A DNA stretch of 59,464 bases, counting the filler. It is 8 parts of 8 records of this genome, joined end to end, with 100 filler letters (N's around TTAATTAATTAA, not from the genome) between each part and the next. Parts side by side here need not be neighbours in the genome. Positions count along the whole stretch, not along the records: positions 7,310 to 12,749 come from SRR31147125_41744; positions 12,850 to 18,474 come from SRR31147125_41846; positions 18,575 to 24,550 come from SRR31147125_41854; 5 more parts are not named here. One strand, given 5' to 3'. Position 1 is the stretch's first letter. Every line of letters begins with the position of its first letter. Positions 9,921-19,884 of the stretch are shown one piece after another. The notes under the pieces were generated by a model. That model saw nothing but the letters and a program-made list of their open reading frames with translations, searched no databases and was not told the DNA's origin. The position numbers and the translations under genes were made by a program.

Positions 9921-10845
9921 ATGTCCAGCTCTTTTTCCGATCTTCGAATCGTTGATAACTTTTACCAGACTTCGGGTTTCTTCCCCATGCCCACCACATT
10001 GATCTCTACTCTCTGCGAAGATGGCATGACCACGCTTGGTGCCTATTCTCTAATTTTCCCCTACTATATTGCCGGCAAGGAATATTACGCCATGGTGCTT
10101 GAGTGCCGCAATAATTCAAACACAGCAACAAATTTGTTCAAGAATGGAAAATGCGCTATCAATTTCATTCCTCATAAACGCAAGTATTTCAAAGAAGCGG
10201 TTCGCCTTGGCTATCCCGGTGAGACTCCTCAAGAAAAAATGAGCAAATGCAGCTTCACATTAGAAGATGGATTGTGCTTTCATGAAGATCCTCAAATAGC
10301 TCGCCCCGAAGTGATCGCAGAAGCTTTTCAAGTTTACGAATGTACCTGGATGAAAGAACTGGATGCTGCGCAAAACGACGTTTGGCACGAAGGCTATACC
10401 GGACCCTATCGCGACTTCAATGGAATCACCTCTGAAGCCGGTGCACATTTCATCTTGCGAATTGACAAGATCCTGATCAAAGAAAAATATAAAAAGACTA
10501 TTATCAATGGCACAAAGCATGGGGGTTTCCGCTGTTCCTGTTGATTACGGATACCGCGATAATACAAAATTCTGGTACACGCCTTTCCGTCGCCCAAGAT
10601 CTGCCAAAATACCTGCAGGAAAGGGATTGGATGTGGAAGTTGTTATGTATTCAGCTGACCGCATTGATGACAAAGTTAAATTCACTAAAGAAGCCTGTGA
10701 AAAACTCGTTCGCGTACCACGTGTATTTTTGAACCGTGTACTAACATCCTGCGTAAATTGGGCCAAAGAAAATGATGTAACGCTGATCACCGATAAGCAT
10801 ATGGATATCATCAACGATAAACGATCAAAAGAAAAGAACAGATGA
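9921..10845 (+). CDS. Flavin-reductase-like split-barrel protein with C-terminal PCP_red-like helical domain (frameshift at about 10521-10531 joins ORFs 9921-10544 and 10507-10845)
   Basis: PMPTTLISTLCEDG...GAYS, NSNTATNLFKNGKCAINF and AFQVYEC fit the flavin reductase-like fold. The C-terminus FTKEACEKLVRVPRVFL...WAKENDVTLIT resembles PCP_red. The break is at GGGGGTTTCC. Confidence 0.6.
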
Positions 10846-12250
10846 CAGAAATAAAGAAAAACTCACTTGTAGAATTGACCATAGAAAGCATCGCTTTCGG
10901 TGCCAAGGGCATTGCCCGTATCAATGATTTTGTGATCTTTGTCCGTGACGCGCTTCCCGGTCAAAAGGTCAAAGCCTTGATCATAAAAAAGAAGTCCGCT
11001 TTTGCCGAAGCTATTATTCGTGAGGTTCTTGAACCTTCACCCTGGCAAATCGATGCACCTTGCCCTTACTTTCAGGATTGCGGTGGATGTAAATTTCAAA
11101 ACCTGGAATATCAAGAACAGTTGAATATCAAGACTGAACAGGTTAAGGATGTTTTTACACATCTTGCCAAGATGCCGGATATTCCGATTTTACCAACCTT
11201 AGGTGCTCCCCAACAATATGCTTATCGAAATAAAATGGATTTTTCAACCGGTGTTTCCCGGTGGATCTTGAGCAAGGACGATCCCGGCACTCCGGAAGAT
11301 TACGCTATCGGACTTCATGCGCCCGGCCGTTTTGACAGGATACTTGATATTGATGCCTGTCTCTTGCAGGATGATACCAGAAATGCCATATTCCAAACCA
11401 TTAGAAAATGGGCGCAAGAAAACGAAATTACCCTGAACAATAAACGCGAGTATACCGGCTATCTGCGTTCTATCATGATCCGAAAGGGCGAACAAAGCGG
11501 TGAGATCATGATCAATTTAATTACCCGGACTGAAGATAATAAATTGCTTCATCCTCTCGTTGAGATGATCACGGCTAAACATCCGGAAGTCACATCCATT
11601 GTCAATAACATTACCGATTCCAAAGGAGACCATTCCGTCGGTGATAAGGAAATTCTTCTTTATGGAGAAAGTGTTATTCATGATACGCTTGGCGGGATCG
11701 AATATGAGATCTCAGCAAATGCTTTTTTCAGACCAACACCAAGGGGGCTGAACAACTTTATAATGTTGTGATGGATTTTTCTGAGTTGAGATCAGATACG
11801 GTTGTTTGGGATTTCTATTCCGGTGCAGGATCAATATCGCTTTACATAGCCGATAAAGTTAAACAGGTCATAGGTTTTGAAGTGGTGCGCGATGCCGTCA
11901 GAAATGCCAAGAAAAATGCAAAGCGAAATAAGGTCCCTCACTGTGAATTCTTTGAAGCAAATCTTGATACATTTTTACAGACAAATCAGGATCTTATTGC
12001 AAAATTGGACAAACCCGATCTTGCCATTGTAGATCCCCCCAGAGCGGGATTGAATCCCAAATTTATCAAACAGCTTATCGCTCTGAAACCGCCCACAATT
12101 GTTTATGTCTCTTGCAATCCTTCCACTCAAGCTCGCGATATTCAACTGTTGGCAGAAGCCGGTTATGAAATCGAGAAGATCCAACCGGTGGACATGTTTC
12201 CACATACGGCGCATATTGAAACAGTAGCGAAATTGAGTTTGAAGGATTAA
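10842..12250 (+). CDS. rlmD: 23S rRNA m5U1939 methyltransferase (1-nt frameshift in T-run about 11723-11728)
   Basis: TRAM domain and Fe-S motif CPYFQDCGGC; adding one T restores AFFQTN; DFYSGAGSI, VDPPRAG, YVSCNPST and DMFPHTAHIE. Confidence 0.92.
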
Positions 12251-12270
12251 AATTGAAAGAAATATGTGTT

Positions 12271-12294
12271 GTAGCGACATGCCATGGCATGTCG
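12271..12294. repeat. GTAG-type REP palindrome / bidirectional hairpin
   Basis: GTAG followed by the perfect 20-bp palindrome CGACATGCCATGGCATGTCG, between convergent rlmD and aldehyde dehydrogenase. Confidence 0.65.
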
Positions 12295-12301
12295 TTTTTC
12301 T

Positions 12302-12749
12302 TTACAATAATTTTTTCAACAAACCGATCTTGTTTTTATAAGGTGCAAACTTAACAGGTATATCAAATCCCGTAGGTGATTTGATCACTGAACGTTTTCT
12401 GCTGAAAGTGTCAAAACTGTACTTGCCATGGTAAGCACCCATGCCACTGTTACCCACTCCGCCAAAAGGTAAGTTTTTATTACCAAAGTGAATGATCACA
12501 TCATTGATTCCCACGGCGCCCGAATCTACGGTTGAAAGTAATTTGTCGATGTTCTTTTTATTATTCGCAAAAATATATAGTGCCAAAGGTTTATCCTTAA
12601 GAGAAATATCTGTAACGATCTTATCAAAATCATCAAATTCTATCACCGGTAAAATTGGACCGAAGATCTCTTCCTGCATAACAGGAGATTTATCATCCTG
12701 TGCTTCTATTAAGGTGGGGGCAATATATTTCTCTTCCCTATCGATCTTA
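12302..12749 (-). CDS. Aldehyde dehydrogenase (ALDH3-like), C-terminal fragment
   Basis: YIAPTL...MQEEIFGPILP, KPLALYIF, LPFGGVGNSGMGAYHGKYSFDTFS; the frame is open to the contig edge. Confidence 0.92.
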
Positions 12750-12849
12750 NNNNNNNNNNNNNNNNNNNNNNNNNNNNNNNNNNNNNNNNNNNNTTAATTA
12801 ATTAANNNNNNNNNNNNNNNNNNNNNNNNNNNNNNNNNNNNNNNNNNNN
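12750..12849. other. Artificial contig-joining linker
   Basis: 44N-TTAATTAATTAA-44N. Confidence 0.97.
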
Positions 12850-13171
12850 GGTGGTACGAGTAATTTGCTACTACTTCACCCACATAGTAGCTACTCTGAC
12901 CATCGGGACAAAGAACGATATCTCCCTTTTGGATTCCTTTGGTAATTCTCCACAGCATACCACAGGCAAGGCCTGCAGAAACTTTACTTTTACCCGGATG
13001 ATTTTTTTGCCAAACAGGTATGAACTTTTTATTAAAGTCTCTCCAGTTATCAGGCAATTGATTGGACAGGTCCACATCAATACCAAAATTAGCCCCGATA
13101 AAATTACCTTTGTAACATTCATCTGAATTTACGCTTTTAGCTCCGAGCATGATTCTGTAATAATTTTTCAT
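12850..13171 (-). CDS. Putative restriction-associated endonuclease (Mrr N-terminal-like / DUF91-NucS-type), N-terminal fragment
   Basis: ATGA overlap with the hsdS stop. YYRIMLG...FIG..F and IQKGDIVLCPDG..YYVGEV resemble N-terminal domains of endonucleases inserted in type I R-M operons. The catalytic domain is not visible. Confidence 0.5.
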
Positions 13172-14457
13172 ACCAGTCTTATTCTCCCCGTTAGTAAATT
13201 TTGCATCATGCCTTGTTTTATCAGGCGATATTTTTCCAGTTTTTTCTCCAATGCTTCGATTTCGGTATCCATGTCGCTGAGGATTTTGGCTATAGCGGTT
13301 TGCTCCTCAATAGTTGGAAGTGGTATTTTTATAGATTTTATGTTATTAGCATTTATATTAATATTGGAACTCCCTTGTGTTATTGACAAAAGCTGTTTCC
13401 TAATTAGTTCTGTCTCATATAAAAAGCCAAAATATTCATTAAAAATTTTTGATAAATCAAATGTAAAACGAATTATATAAGAACCAAAAACTGCTTTCAT
13501 GTCATTGTAGACAATACCATATCGTCCTATAGCGCCACTTGCGAAAAGAAAATCTCCCTTTTTTACTTTATAAAGTTCAAAATCATTTTTATTGATATTT
13601 AACTTAGGCATATCTGAATAATTGATTCTCGGATTTAAAAGGTCTGTAATACGAATTAAATAAGTACCTTCGTCTGAATATTTGTCTTTGGTATAATAAC
13701 CCTGCCTATGATTGACTGTAATATCGTTTACAGATATTACTTTCCAATCCGCAGGGACAACCCCAACCTCAGTCTCTTTATAACCAACCAATTCTCCATT
13801 TAAAATCCCAAACCCCCGCAACCGCTTTTTCCCTGTAAGCAGTTCCTGCATGGCACCCTGTTTAATAGCCCTCTTTTTGGCAATGAGTTTTTCCAGGCTA
13901 TGTATCAGCGCGTCGGTTTCGCTGAGGGCTGTAGCTATGGCGGTTTGTTCGGCAGTAGTTGGAAGAGGGATTTTTACACTTGATAATTGATTAGCATTTA
14001 TGTGTACTACTGCATCTCCTTGACCTTTACTTGCTTTTTGTTTTTGAATATCATTAGAATTGAGTAAAAAACCTAAAAATAATGGAGATATATTTTTCGG
14101 TGATAAAATTACAATATCACCACCCGCAAACGCATCAAAATCGTCAATGAATGCTACACATTTTCCGATTTCTTCTTTTGTTTCCCCTGAACCTGCAAAT
14201 AATATATCACCCTTTTTTAATTTTTTCGCTGTTTGTGATACCGCTTTTGAAATAAATGAATAAAATTCCTTTATATAATCATTATGTCTTGTGTAGATTT
14301 CACCATAACGAATACAAGGATTTTCGCCACTAAGAGCCTCATCTTTTCTTACACCTTGTCCTTTAGAAAAAACACCAATTTCACCTAATGACCTTACGCT
14401 CCAATCCTCAGGGAAAATGCCTAGCTCTGTTTGTTTATATCTTTCTTTCATTTCCAT
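13168..14457 (-). CDS. hsdS: Type I restriction-modification specificity subunit
   Basis: Two TRDs with repeated conserved blocks (YKQTELGIFPEDW / YKETEVGVVPADW; IPLPTTAEQTAIATALS / IPLPTIEEQTAIAKILS; IKQGAMQELLTG / IKQGMMQNLLTG). ATG at 14457 or 14451. Confidence 0.9.
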   Translation of the reverse strand: MEMKERYKQTELGIFPEDWSVRSLGEIGVFSKGQGVRKDEALSGENPCIRYGEIYTRHNDYIKEFYSFISKAVSQTAKKLKKGDILFAGSGETKEEIGKCVAFIDDFDAFAGGDIVILSPKNISPLFLGFLLNSNDIQKQKASKGQGDAVVHINANQLSSVKIPLPTTAEQTAIATALSETDALIHSLEKLIAKKRAIKQGAMQELLTGKKRLRGFGILNGELVGYKETEVGVVPADWKVISVNDITVNHRQGYYTKDKYSDEGTYLIRITDLLNPRINYSDMPKLNINKNDFELYKVKKGDFLFASGAIGRYGIVYNDMKAVFGSYIIRFTFDLSKIFNEYFGFLYETELIRKQLLSITQGSSNININANNIKSIKIPLPTIEEQTAIAKILSDMDTEIEALEKKLEKYRLIKQGMMQNLLTGRIRLV

Positions 14458-16857
14458 GTAAATCCCATTTTCATCAGGTGAGTATTTACCTTTTTCTTCC
14501 AAATCATTGACGTTGTTCTCTAATGTTGACAAGGGTTTATCATAACGTTCCGCCAGTTGTTGAATGCGTCCGGTCAGGTGTTGACTGATCCGCTGCATTT
14601 CACTTTGAATATCCTGTTCAATGTGGACCAGCCACTTGTCGTCTAAAACCAGAGTTTGAATTTCATCAATAGTCAGGTCTTTATATTTTTCGAGGACTTT
14701 TTTCTCCAGATCAGCCACCGCTTTTTTAATTTTTTGCCGGGCTTCGGCGATTTGCTCCAGGAGATTCAGGTATTGTTTTAATACAGTTAATTCCTCCGCC
14801 GAGTTTTTTTCGTTTTTAATTTCCCTGATCCGTTTTTGTACATTTGACTTTGTTAATGTGCCCTTGTCATTTTTGGCCTCTTCCAATAGTCCCTCGTCGC
14901 CACTGTGTTCCTCTTCCAGTTCTTCTAATTGCCGGGTTAAATTTTCCCGTTCCGTTTCCAGGATTTCAATATCTTTTTGTTCTTGCGCAAAGTAACGATC
15001 CATAACAAGCTGTTTGGGAATCACCCGACCCTGCCACTCGTTCTTTTTCTTTGGATCTTTTTCTATCTCACGGCCAACTTGCCAGCCTCCATCAACAATC
15101 GCATAGACATCGTCCTGCATGGTATCAGCCCAATAGGTCATCAGGTTCTGATAAACATCGTATTTGTCCAGCAGAGAGAGTCCGCTAAAGAGGTCCAGCA
15201 GGCTTTCTGAAATATCATAAATCAATTTTTTCGGTTTATCATCCTTTTTCAGGCCTTTTAATAGTGGCACATTGATCTGTTTCCAACGATTTAAAATTTC
15301 ATAAACTTTTTCACCATAAGCTGTGAATTCGGGATGAGAAAAAATGGTTTGTTTTATCTGGTCACTCTCTACCTTTAGCTTGCTGTATTTGGGACGATCC
15401 GTCGGGGAAAACAATTCTTTTTTAAGGGACGGATACACATCCCACCAGGCACACAGAGCGTCGATATCCGCATTGGGAATACCTCCCAATAAATGGGCCT
15501 CGATGTCCTGGATATCCTCGGCTTCCTGACTGTCAATGTAGCGGGGAATGTTTAGATTGTAATCATTCTTTTCAATTTCATCAATTGAGACCATGCGACT
15601 GTACTTTTCGATTTCAATCTGCTTGTTAAACATATCCACAATTCTGTGAATATCCTGTTCCCGCAAACGGTTTTTATTGCCGTCTTTGACATACCCATCA
15701 GAGGCATTGATCATAAAGATGCCTTTGCGGTTATGCGCGTTTTCTTTGTCCAGAATAATAATACAGGCGGGAATACCGGTTCCATAAAAAAGGTTGGCAG
15801 GCAGTCCGATGATACCTTTGATGTATCCTCTGCGAATGATATTTTCCCGGATGCCTGCTTCCGAATTGCCACGGAACAGCACTCCATGCGGCAGAATGAT
15901 GGCGCCTTTGGCTTTACTTTTCATCGAACGAATGACATGTAACAGAAAAGAATAGTCTCCATTCTTGTTGGGAGGGATGCCAAAATCTTTAAAGCGGCCA
16001 TGGATTTCATTTAACGGGTCAAGGCCATTGCTCCATGATTTATAGGAAAAAGGCGGATTAGCCACCACAAAGTCAAAGGTCCGCATTCTGTCGTTACCAT
16101 CCAGAAACAAGGGATTGGATAGCGTATTGCCTCGCTCAATGACAGCCGTAGGATTGTCATGCAAAATCATATTCATTCTGGCAAGGGCAGCGTTGGACAC
16201 CTCTCTTTCCTGGCCATAAATTGACAGGCCCTTTTCTGTTTCATCTGCCACTTTTAACAACAGGGAACCGGATCCACAGGTGGGATCATAAACGGTTGTG
16301 GAAGGATTCGCTTTCGTATCTGCCATGATGATCTTTGCCATCACGCGGCTCACTTCAGCTGGCGTGTAAAACTGTCCTTTGCTCTTCCCGCTTTCAGTAG
16401 CGAAATTACGCATCAGATATTCATAAGCATCACCTAACAGATCATCTCCTTCGGCCCGATTTTTACTGAAATCCAGGGCCGGACTTTCAAATATAGCAAC
16501 GAGCCGGGTGAGGCGATCAACCATCTCTTTACCACCGCCCAGTTTGTCTGAATCGTTGAAATCAGCAATATCGATGGTACCTGTCAGGTTGTTCTCTTTG
16601 GCTATTTTCGCAATAATTTTTTTGTTAATATCATCACCGATGGAGGGCTTGCCTTTCAGCGCCACCATATCTTTAAAACTGGCGCCTTCCGGAATGATAA
16701 TAGGGGCATAAGGAACGCCGGTATATTTATCAGAAACATATTTGATGAATAAAAGGGTTAACACATAGTCTTTATATTGCGAGGCATCCATACCCCCGCG
16801 AAGCTCGTCACAACTCGCCCAAATAGAACTGTACAGTTCGGATTTTTTTACAGCCAT
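14448..16857 (-). CDS. hsdM: Type I restriction-modification methyltransferase subunit (extra A at 14491-14495 fuses it in frame to hsdS)
   Basis: MAVKKSELYSSIWASCDELRGGMDASQYKDY, GQFYTP, DPTCGSGSLL, NPPF, LPHGVLFRG. Removing one A gives the C-terminus EEKVNTHLMKMGFTWK*. Confidence 0.93.
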
Positions 16858-17143
16858 GGTACTTGTTTGTACTCCTAAATCGTGGTTTTTCGTTTTGATT
16901 GGGTATAGGGAAAAAGGGTGGTTTATTGGTTTTAAAAATATACCTATCAATTTCTTTATTTTCAATCCTTTTCTCAACTATAATGAATCGCTGGGAAAAT
17001 TTCTTTTGTACTTTCATATTATAATATACCGACAATCAGTTATTTTTAACGAAAATATAACTGATAATACAGATATTTCTTGCAAATAATCATTTTTTTG
17101 TTTATTTATAATAAATACAAAAGGTTGGGGTTGATGAATATCG

Positions 17144-17211
17144 GTGCCTCATTAGATTACTTTTAAGGCACAATCTGGTTATCCTTTGGATGACCGTGTT
17201 GTGCCTTTTTT
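17144..17211 (+). promoter_or_regulatory. Terminator/antiterminator-like leader upstream of HNH nuclease
   Basis: AAGGCACAA (17165-17173) pairs with TTGTGCCTT (17199-17207) followed by a T-run, with an inner hairpin GGTTATCC/GGATGACC. An upstream GTGCCT (17144-17149) can alternatively pair with AGGCAC. Confidence 0.45.
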
Positions 17212-17238
17212 ATTGTTTAACCATAAAGGACAGATATA

Positions 17239-18361
17239 ATGCTTAAAATAGATCCATTCCTTTTTGAAAAATATTATCAACTCTTTTTATATCTGGTAGA
17301 AAATAATAGTAATACAAAATTTATTTCATTTCCTGGTAACCGGTATACAGATGAACAGGAAGGATATAAAGATAAAATTTATGCAATTGCTCGTGAAAAA
17401 TTGGGATGTTGGGAGTGGAGAAAAAAGACATAGGTTCTGGTAAGATTTTTCAATCAACTATTTACTCTTTAAGACTAGATAAGAAAAAAACAATCTTGTT
17501 GATTGGAGAATTATATCAACATTTGAGAACAAACCAAATAAGAATAATTTGTTGATGGCATATGAAAAAGCGCTATTTGAATTTTATCAAGATCTAGAAT
17601 CAGACAAAGAATCTTTTAATGTATTTATTCAACATTTTGGTAAAAATTATCCATTGATTGCATATCTTTTTTTCATAAAGGATAAAGCGCTATATTCACC
17701 AATAAGTCCAACCAATTTTGATATTGCTTTTGAAAAGCTTGGTGTACAAAATTTTAAAACGAGCCATCAATGTTCATGGGATAATTATTGTCAATATAAC
17801 AATTTGCTAAAGCAAATTAGAGAATTCCTGATTTTGAAAGGAATAAAAGATATCACCTTGCTTAACGCCCATTCATTTGCATGGATGATTTCTGACATTG
17901 AAGAAGAATTAAGCAAAATTGGTCGCTCAGATCCGGATATTACACGTCAAATCAATGCACATAAGCAATTAGCACAAAAAGACAAAGAAACAGTCATTAA
18001 AGCAAGGATCGGGCAGGGATTATTTCGAAGTTCATTACTGGACTATTGGAGAAAAGGCTCTGTTACCGGATGTGACAAAATAGATGTTCTTATCGCCTCT
18101 CATATTAAACCATGGAAAGATTGTGATAATGGAGATGCTATTGATCTTTTTAATGGTCTTTTATTAACTCCAAATCTTGACAAATTGTTTGACTCCGGTT
18201 TGATTACTTTTGATGACAATGGAAACATACTCATTTCATCAGAATTAACAGAAAAAAACCTGCATTCCTTCGGGGTGAATAATAAAATGAAACTGAATAA
18301 AATGGAAGAGAATCATGAAAAATATCTTGGCTATCATAGAAAAATGGTATTTAAGAAATAG
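17239..18361 (+). CDS. HNH endonuclease with large N-terminal domain (two A-run frameshifts near 17421-17426 and 17484-17491)
   Basis: C-terminal ARIGQGLFR..LL..W...VTG...LIASHIKPW...NGLLLTPNLDKLFDSGLITFD...YLGYHR. The intervening frame KKDIGSGKIFQ...KNNLVDWR links ORFs 17239-17433 and 17549-18361. Confidence 0.8.
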
Positions 18362-18474
18362 ATTTACAAGATAACAAATTTAGTAGGCTGGGGCAACAGA
18401 GTGCTCGCGACCAACCTTCCCAGGGGCGTGCTTGCTGGCCATTTTTTTGGTTATGCGACATCAACGGGATAATT

Positions 18475-18574
18475 NNNNNNNNNNNNNNNNNNNNNNNNNN
18501 NNNNNNNNNNNNNNNNNNTTAATTAATTAANNNNNNNNNNNNNNNNNNNNNNNNNNNNNNNNNNNNNNNNNNNN
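18475..18574. other. Artificial contig-joining linker
   Basis: 44N-TTAATTAATTAA-44N. Confidence 0.97.
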
Positions 18575-18801
18575 TTTTTTTCTCCGAATATTTCGGTAAA
18601 AATATTCACTATAATATCAGAACTCTATATCAAATTATAAAAATATAAATCTCTTATTCTTTACTGCATACCTACTGTTGCAACATTTCCCTCTGCCAGT
18701 CTCACCACTCAATCAGCTCTTATACGGATTCTATCTGCTACAACAAACCAGCATATTCAGCAGCACAACTCAACCAGCAAACCTGCACTATAATTATAGC
18801 A

Positions 18802-19701
18802 CTAGCCGCCAAGTGCATTTGCGCCACCAATAATATCGAGCAGCTCAGCAGTAATACCTGCCTGTCGGGCACGGTTATACAGCAGTGTCAGAGAATCAAT
18901 CATATCTTCCGCTGCAGTTGTCGCACTCTCCATCGCTGCCATTCTCGCTGCCAGTTCTGCAGCATAGCTCTCAATTATAGCATGATAGACCTCAGTTGAG
19001 ATAAAGTGAGTAACCAGTGAAGACAGTGCAGCAGCTGGAGATGGTTCAATCTCATAAACCGGACGCACATAATCCTCAGGTCTCTCGACAGCTTCTGCAT
19101 CTGCTGTTATCGCAGCAACATCAAGCGGCATAATCCGCTGAATAGTCGGCACCTGCGACATACGTGAAACAAACTTGTTATAAATAATATATACTTCGTC
19201 TACTCTTTCATCAGGGTTTTCACTCAAATAAAGCTCGACCAGCCTTTTAGAGATATCACCTGAAAGAATGAAAGACAATTTATCAAATACATCAAACCAG
19301 CTTTTAATCACTGGAACCCCGGTCTTTTTCAGACTGAGAATCGCCCTCTTACCAACAGCATAATGAACATGTTCAACATCACTGTTATCTGCAATAAACT
19401 TCTGTGTCTCCTTGATAACATTATTGTTGAAGCCGCCACAAAGACCTCTGTCACCGGCAATAACAATTGTAAGAACACGCTTACGCTCTCTGGCAGCAAG
19501 GAGTGGATGTTCATCACCGTATAAGTTACTGGCAATACCGGTAAAGATGCCGGCAATACCCTGAGCATACGGACGGATACTCTCCATCTTACCCTGAGTA
19601 CGGTTGAGCTTTGCTGCTGCAACCATTTTCATCGCCCGAGTGATCTTCTGTGTGTTCTTTACAGAACCGATACGGGTCAATATCTGTCTAGCCTGCGCCA
19701 T
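18802..19701 (-). CDS. atpG: F1 ATP synthase gamma subunit
   Basis: RIGSVKNTQKITRAMKMVAAAK, DRGLCGGFN, ARMAAMESAT, YNRARQAGITAELLDIIGGA. Confidence 0.97.
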   Translation of the reverse strand: MAQARQILTRIGSVKNTQKITRAMKMVAAAKLNRTQGKMESIRPYAQGIAGIFTGIASNLYGDEHPLLAARERKRVLTIVIAGDRGLCGGFNNNVIKETQKFIADNSDVEHVHYAVGKRAILSLKKTGVPVIKSWFDVFDKLSFILSGDISKRLVELYLSENPDERVDEVYIIYNKFVSRMSQVPTIQRIMPLDVAAITADAEAVERPEDYVRPVYEIEPSPAAALSSLVTHFISTEVYHAIIESYAAELAARMAAMESATTAAEDMIDSLTLLYNRARQAGITAELLDIIGGANALGG

Positions 19702-19884
19702 AAGAATATCCTATGTTTTTTTAGTATTACAATTCAAATCACCCAGCCGTACTTCTCACAGATAACAATGTATCCATATATACTGAGCAGATTACTAATA
19801 TTCTCTCTCCCTCAACTCAACTCGGCAACCAATGGCTGCACTACTGAGAATCCAGCGGAAGAGAGCAAGTACTCTCTAATTCAA

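Noticed and set aside
11700-11780. Programmed frameshift or pseudogene in rlmD
   Set aside because: One missing T in a T-run within the conserved FFQ.N motif; both halves are otherwise intact.
13168-16977. 1269-aa natural HsdM-HsdS fusion with extended N-terminus
   Set aside because: The true start is most likely ATG 16857 (MAVKKSELY), and the fusion disappears on removing one A from a homopolymer.
18369-18456. Integron attC site after the HNH gene (ATAAC...GTTATGC)
   Set aside because: The ends resemble R''/R' boxes but internal complementarity is poor, and no integrase or second cassette is visible. An IntegronFinder/attC covariance-model hit would be needed.
18575-18801. atpD/atpC missing from the ATP synthase operon
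   Set aside because: The contig ends 227 nt after atpG, with a GGAG RBS-like sequence on the minus strand right at the edge, so the next gene probably begins just beyond it.
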